This document shows, one piece after another, positions 55,501 through 64,000 of a DNA stretch of 64,000 nt. Numbering within the stretch: the stretch's first letter is position 1; every line of letters begins with the position of its first letter. Source of the DNA: Trichoplax sp. H2. Lineage: Eukaryota. The translations under genes were made by a program, and so were the position numbers. The stretch covers positions 1-64,000 of the forward strand of contig NOWV01000026.1 in assembly GCA_003344405.1 (NCBI GenBank), given 5' to 3'. A model generated the notes under the pieces. That model ran no database searches. It saw nothing but the letters and a program-made list of their open reading frames with translations, and was not told the origin of the DNA.

Positions 55501-55573
55501 TTGCTGTTGGATTCTCATTTGCCTGGTGATCTATTTGACTTATTTCTTCCTTACCAAAACAACATCGAAACAT
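49571..55573 (-). CDS. WDR31: WD repeat-containing protein 31, about 11 exons
   Basis: SGSQDKTVLAYNWRTG...GHNKEITK, HDLVVTG, LCSGSRDNTVCLWD, RNLVTHLQW, QTSEDKCLRIWDS, TYCDISCDG, GHSLTVSACCF, TSSYDHSVRMW and GAGPIT are collinear with WDR31. Starts MFRCCFGK. Confidence 0.9.
53177..53222. mobile_element. 46-bp palindromic mini-element with imperfect 8-bp target-site-like duplication
   Basis: catagaggtaagaaaaaa...ttttttcttacctccatg, with flanks atcatgta / gtcatgca (6/8 identical). Lies in a WDR31 intron. Confidence 0.6.
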
Positions 55574-55829
55574 TGTAGATAAGCACGGTAAGAATATCTT
55601 GTTATGACAATATTATACGGTTATGTAGAATATGAATACATAGAAGTTATAAGTTATCACAAGTTCGACTTGCTGAATTGATGAGTGCACAATAGCGTAA
55701 GAAATGCAGACGCGCCCAGTTGCATAGGTAACTAGTAACCATGGAGATTAGTTCTACATCTACAGTACAGTTGAATATAGTACTGTACAGTACTGTACTG
55801 TATGTCATACAATCCCAACATCGCCTTAA

Positions 55830-55909
55830 ACAGTAATGTTGAGTGAGGGTAAAGGGTAGGCAACACCTCCCAGCTAGGCTACCCTTTACCCCTAACTCAA
55901 CATTACTGT
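55830..55909. repeat. About 30-bp-arm inverted repeat (hairpin) with 19-nt loop
   Basis: acagtaatgttgagtgagggtaaagggtag (55830-55859) pairs with ctaccctttacccctaactcaacattactgt (55879-55909), with one mismatch and one bulge. Confidence 0.88.
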
Positions 55910-56019
55910 GCATTACTAGGCATGGATAGAGCTGCCGACCTTCAGCCAGTGAACTTTCGTTAACCAACATTCACCGCGAACGTTTGGATATTTGTTAAAA
56001 ATTTTGAATGAATGCTGGG

Positions 56020-56126
56020 ATAACATTCAAACTTGAAACAAAGTTTTATTGTCGTAATAACATTCAAACTGAAACAAAGATTTATTTTCGCAACTACATT
56101 TACAGTAAATTTGAAGCAAAGTTTTG
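56020..56126 (+). repeat. About 36-37 bp tandem repeat, two good copies plus one degenerate
   Basis: ataacattcaaacttgaaacaaagttttattgtcgta / ataacattcaaactgaaacaaagatttattttcgca / degenerate ...ttgaagcaaagttttg. Confidence 0.8.
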
Positions 56127-56234
56127 ACTGAATGAATGTTTGTCCAGATTTCCATGTGAATGTACAGTATGTGCATCTACAGGTAGTAGTCCATGGGTTA
56201 GGATTTGAACATCAAGTTAATAAGTTAAACCTGA

Positions 56235-56432
56235 AACTGTACAATACAGTACAGTACGGTGCTGTCCTTTACAGTACAGTACTGTACAGTACTGTACGCT
56301 GAGTGTACAGTACTACTGTACAGTGTACAGTACGTACTGTACTGTACTGTACTGTACGGTACATGCAGTGAGGTTTTCTTTGAGTACTGTAGTCCACGGT
56401 CCAAGATACAGTACACTACACTACAGTACACT
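56235..56432. repeat. TACAG/TACTG pentamer array in the WDR31/ABCF1 divergent promoter; a smaller block lies at about 55760-55802
   Basis: Runs such as tacagtacagtactgtacagtactgtac and (tactg)4. Confidence 0.92.
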
Positions 56433-56597
56433 GAAACGAGATGAATATCATCCCTGCCTAGTTTCACTAGCGTACGTGAATCGCAACATCGAATTTCAAT
56501 TATTGTGCGTAACTGTGCTAATCTTTGGCTGCTCGTTTCTTATCTTTTACGCATTTAGTAGTACAGTACTGTATAACGCTATTGATATCAAGGTATA

Positions 56598-63131
<6,534 letters not shown>

Positions 63132-64000
63132 ATTTGCTTTGATAGCTGTAATGTAACCGGCATTTAGGTATAACTTGAAACACTAAAGTGATCAAGGAAG
63201 CTATAAATTGATAGGTTCCTTGCATTGTATCTATTTTATTAAATTACCTTTGATCAGATGTTAACCTTCACTTTAGGTGAGTGATGATTACATTTGGGTA
63301 AAATTAGCTGTCTGGCTAGTAAAACTAATTACTATAGATTGATCAGATAGTTAATTTGATCTCAACGATGAACGACTATACAAACTCATTAAGTTGTATA
63401 ATCAATTACTCGAAACCGACAACTGCCGCAAATGTAGTAATGACGTACTCATTTCTGCAGCTATTAATTCGATTAGCACAGAAATGCTCATCGAGGCACT
63501 GTTAATAAATTATCGAATGGATAATTACAATAAATAGCTTATGTAAATTAACCGTTAAACATGTATCGCTGATAGCAATACCTAATTATTACTTTTGGCA
63601 ATTCTGTATTTACGGGTATGACAGAGCATCGCTTTACTCCTTACCTCGTAAAGTAATTATTATTAAATGTAAAACTCAGCAAAAGTATCAAAACCCGAAG
63701 GATAAGATTAACGTTTGTATTCTAAAGTATTATTTGGGTTTCTGATGATAACTATAAATTTTACTTTAAAAAGCAGCTATGAAATTAGTCTGCTCTAGCA
63801 TATTCGCAACATCGTTGATAACAGACTAGGAAGGTAGATTGCAAAGATACACGTATAATTGCAAAATCTATAATATCAGATTCTCCTTATCCTTTACTAT
63901 AACTATTATATCATAGTGTTAGTAAAATTGAGCGATTTAAATGAGTAATTACATATAGATTAATTTATGTTAATACTAGACAATCGATTCGATCTTTTTG

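Overview
AT-rich, gene-dense, intron-rich eukaryotic genomic DNA from an early-branching animal. Compact introns and basal-metazoan-like proteins suggest a placozoan such as Trichoplax; this is an inference. I reconstructed 14 spliced protein-coding genes by hand: LUC7-like (first exon only), YPEL5, PRPF4, clathrin light chain, an uncharacterised PLAT/LH2+ankyrin protein, mitochondrial GrpE, XPNPEP3, FAM174, PSMD12, JMJD8, Fcf2/DNTTIP2-like, PIGC, WDR31 and ABCF1. Twelve of the 14 genes form six head-to-head pairs with ATGs 0.6-1.0 kb apart. Every shared promoter is filled with a self-complementary TACAG/TACTG pentamer array (TACTGTACAGTA palindromes) that is only sporadic elsewhere and absent upstream of the PLAT-ankyrin gene. 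This is a candidate repeat-based mark of housekeeping/bidirectional promoters. Other observations: a local duplication that captures the pentamer changing in exact 5-nt steps, tiny (37-46 bp) palindromic insertions with CATRG...CYATG ends and 7-8 bp target-site-like duplications, a 30-bp-stem hairpin in the WDR31/ABCF1 promoter, five probable GC-AG introns, and linkage (PRPF4-WDR31, LUC7L-JMJD8) that echoes human gene neighbourhoods. Most short ORFs in the supplied track are artefacts of the pentamer repeat or of exon read-through.
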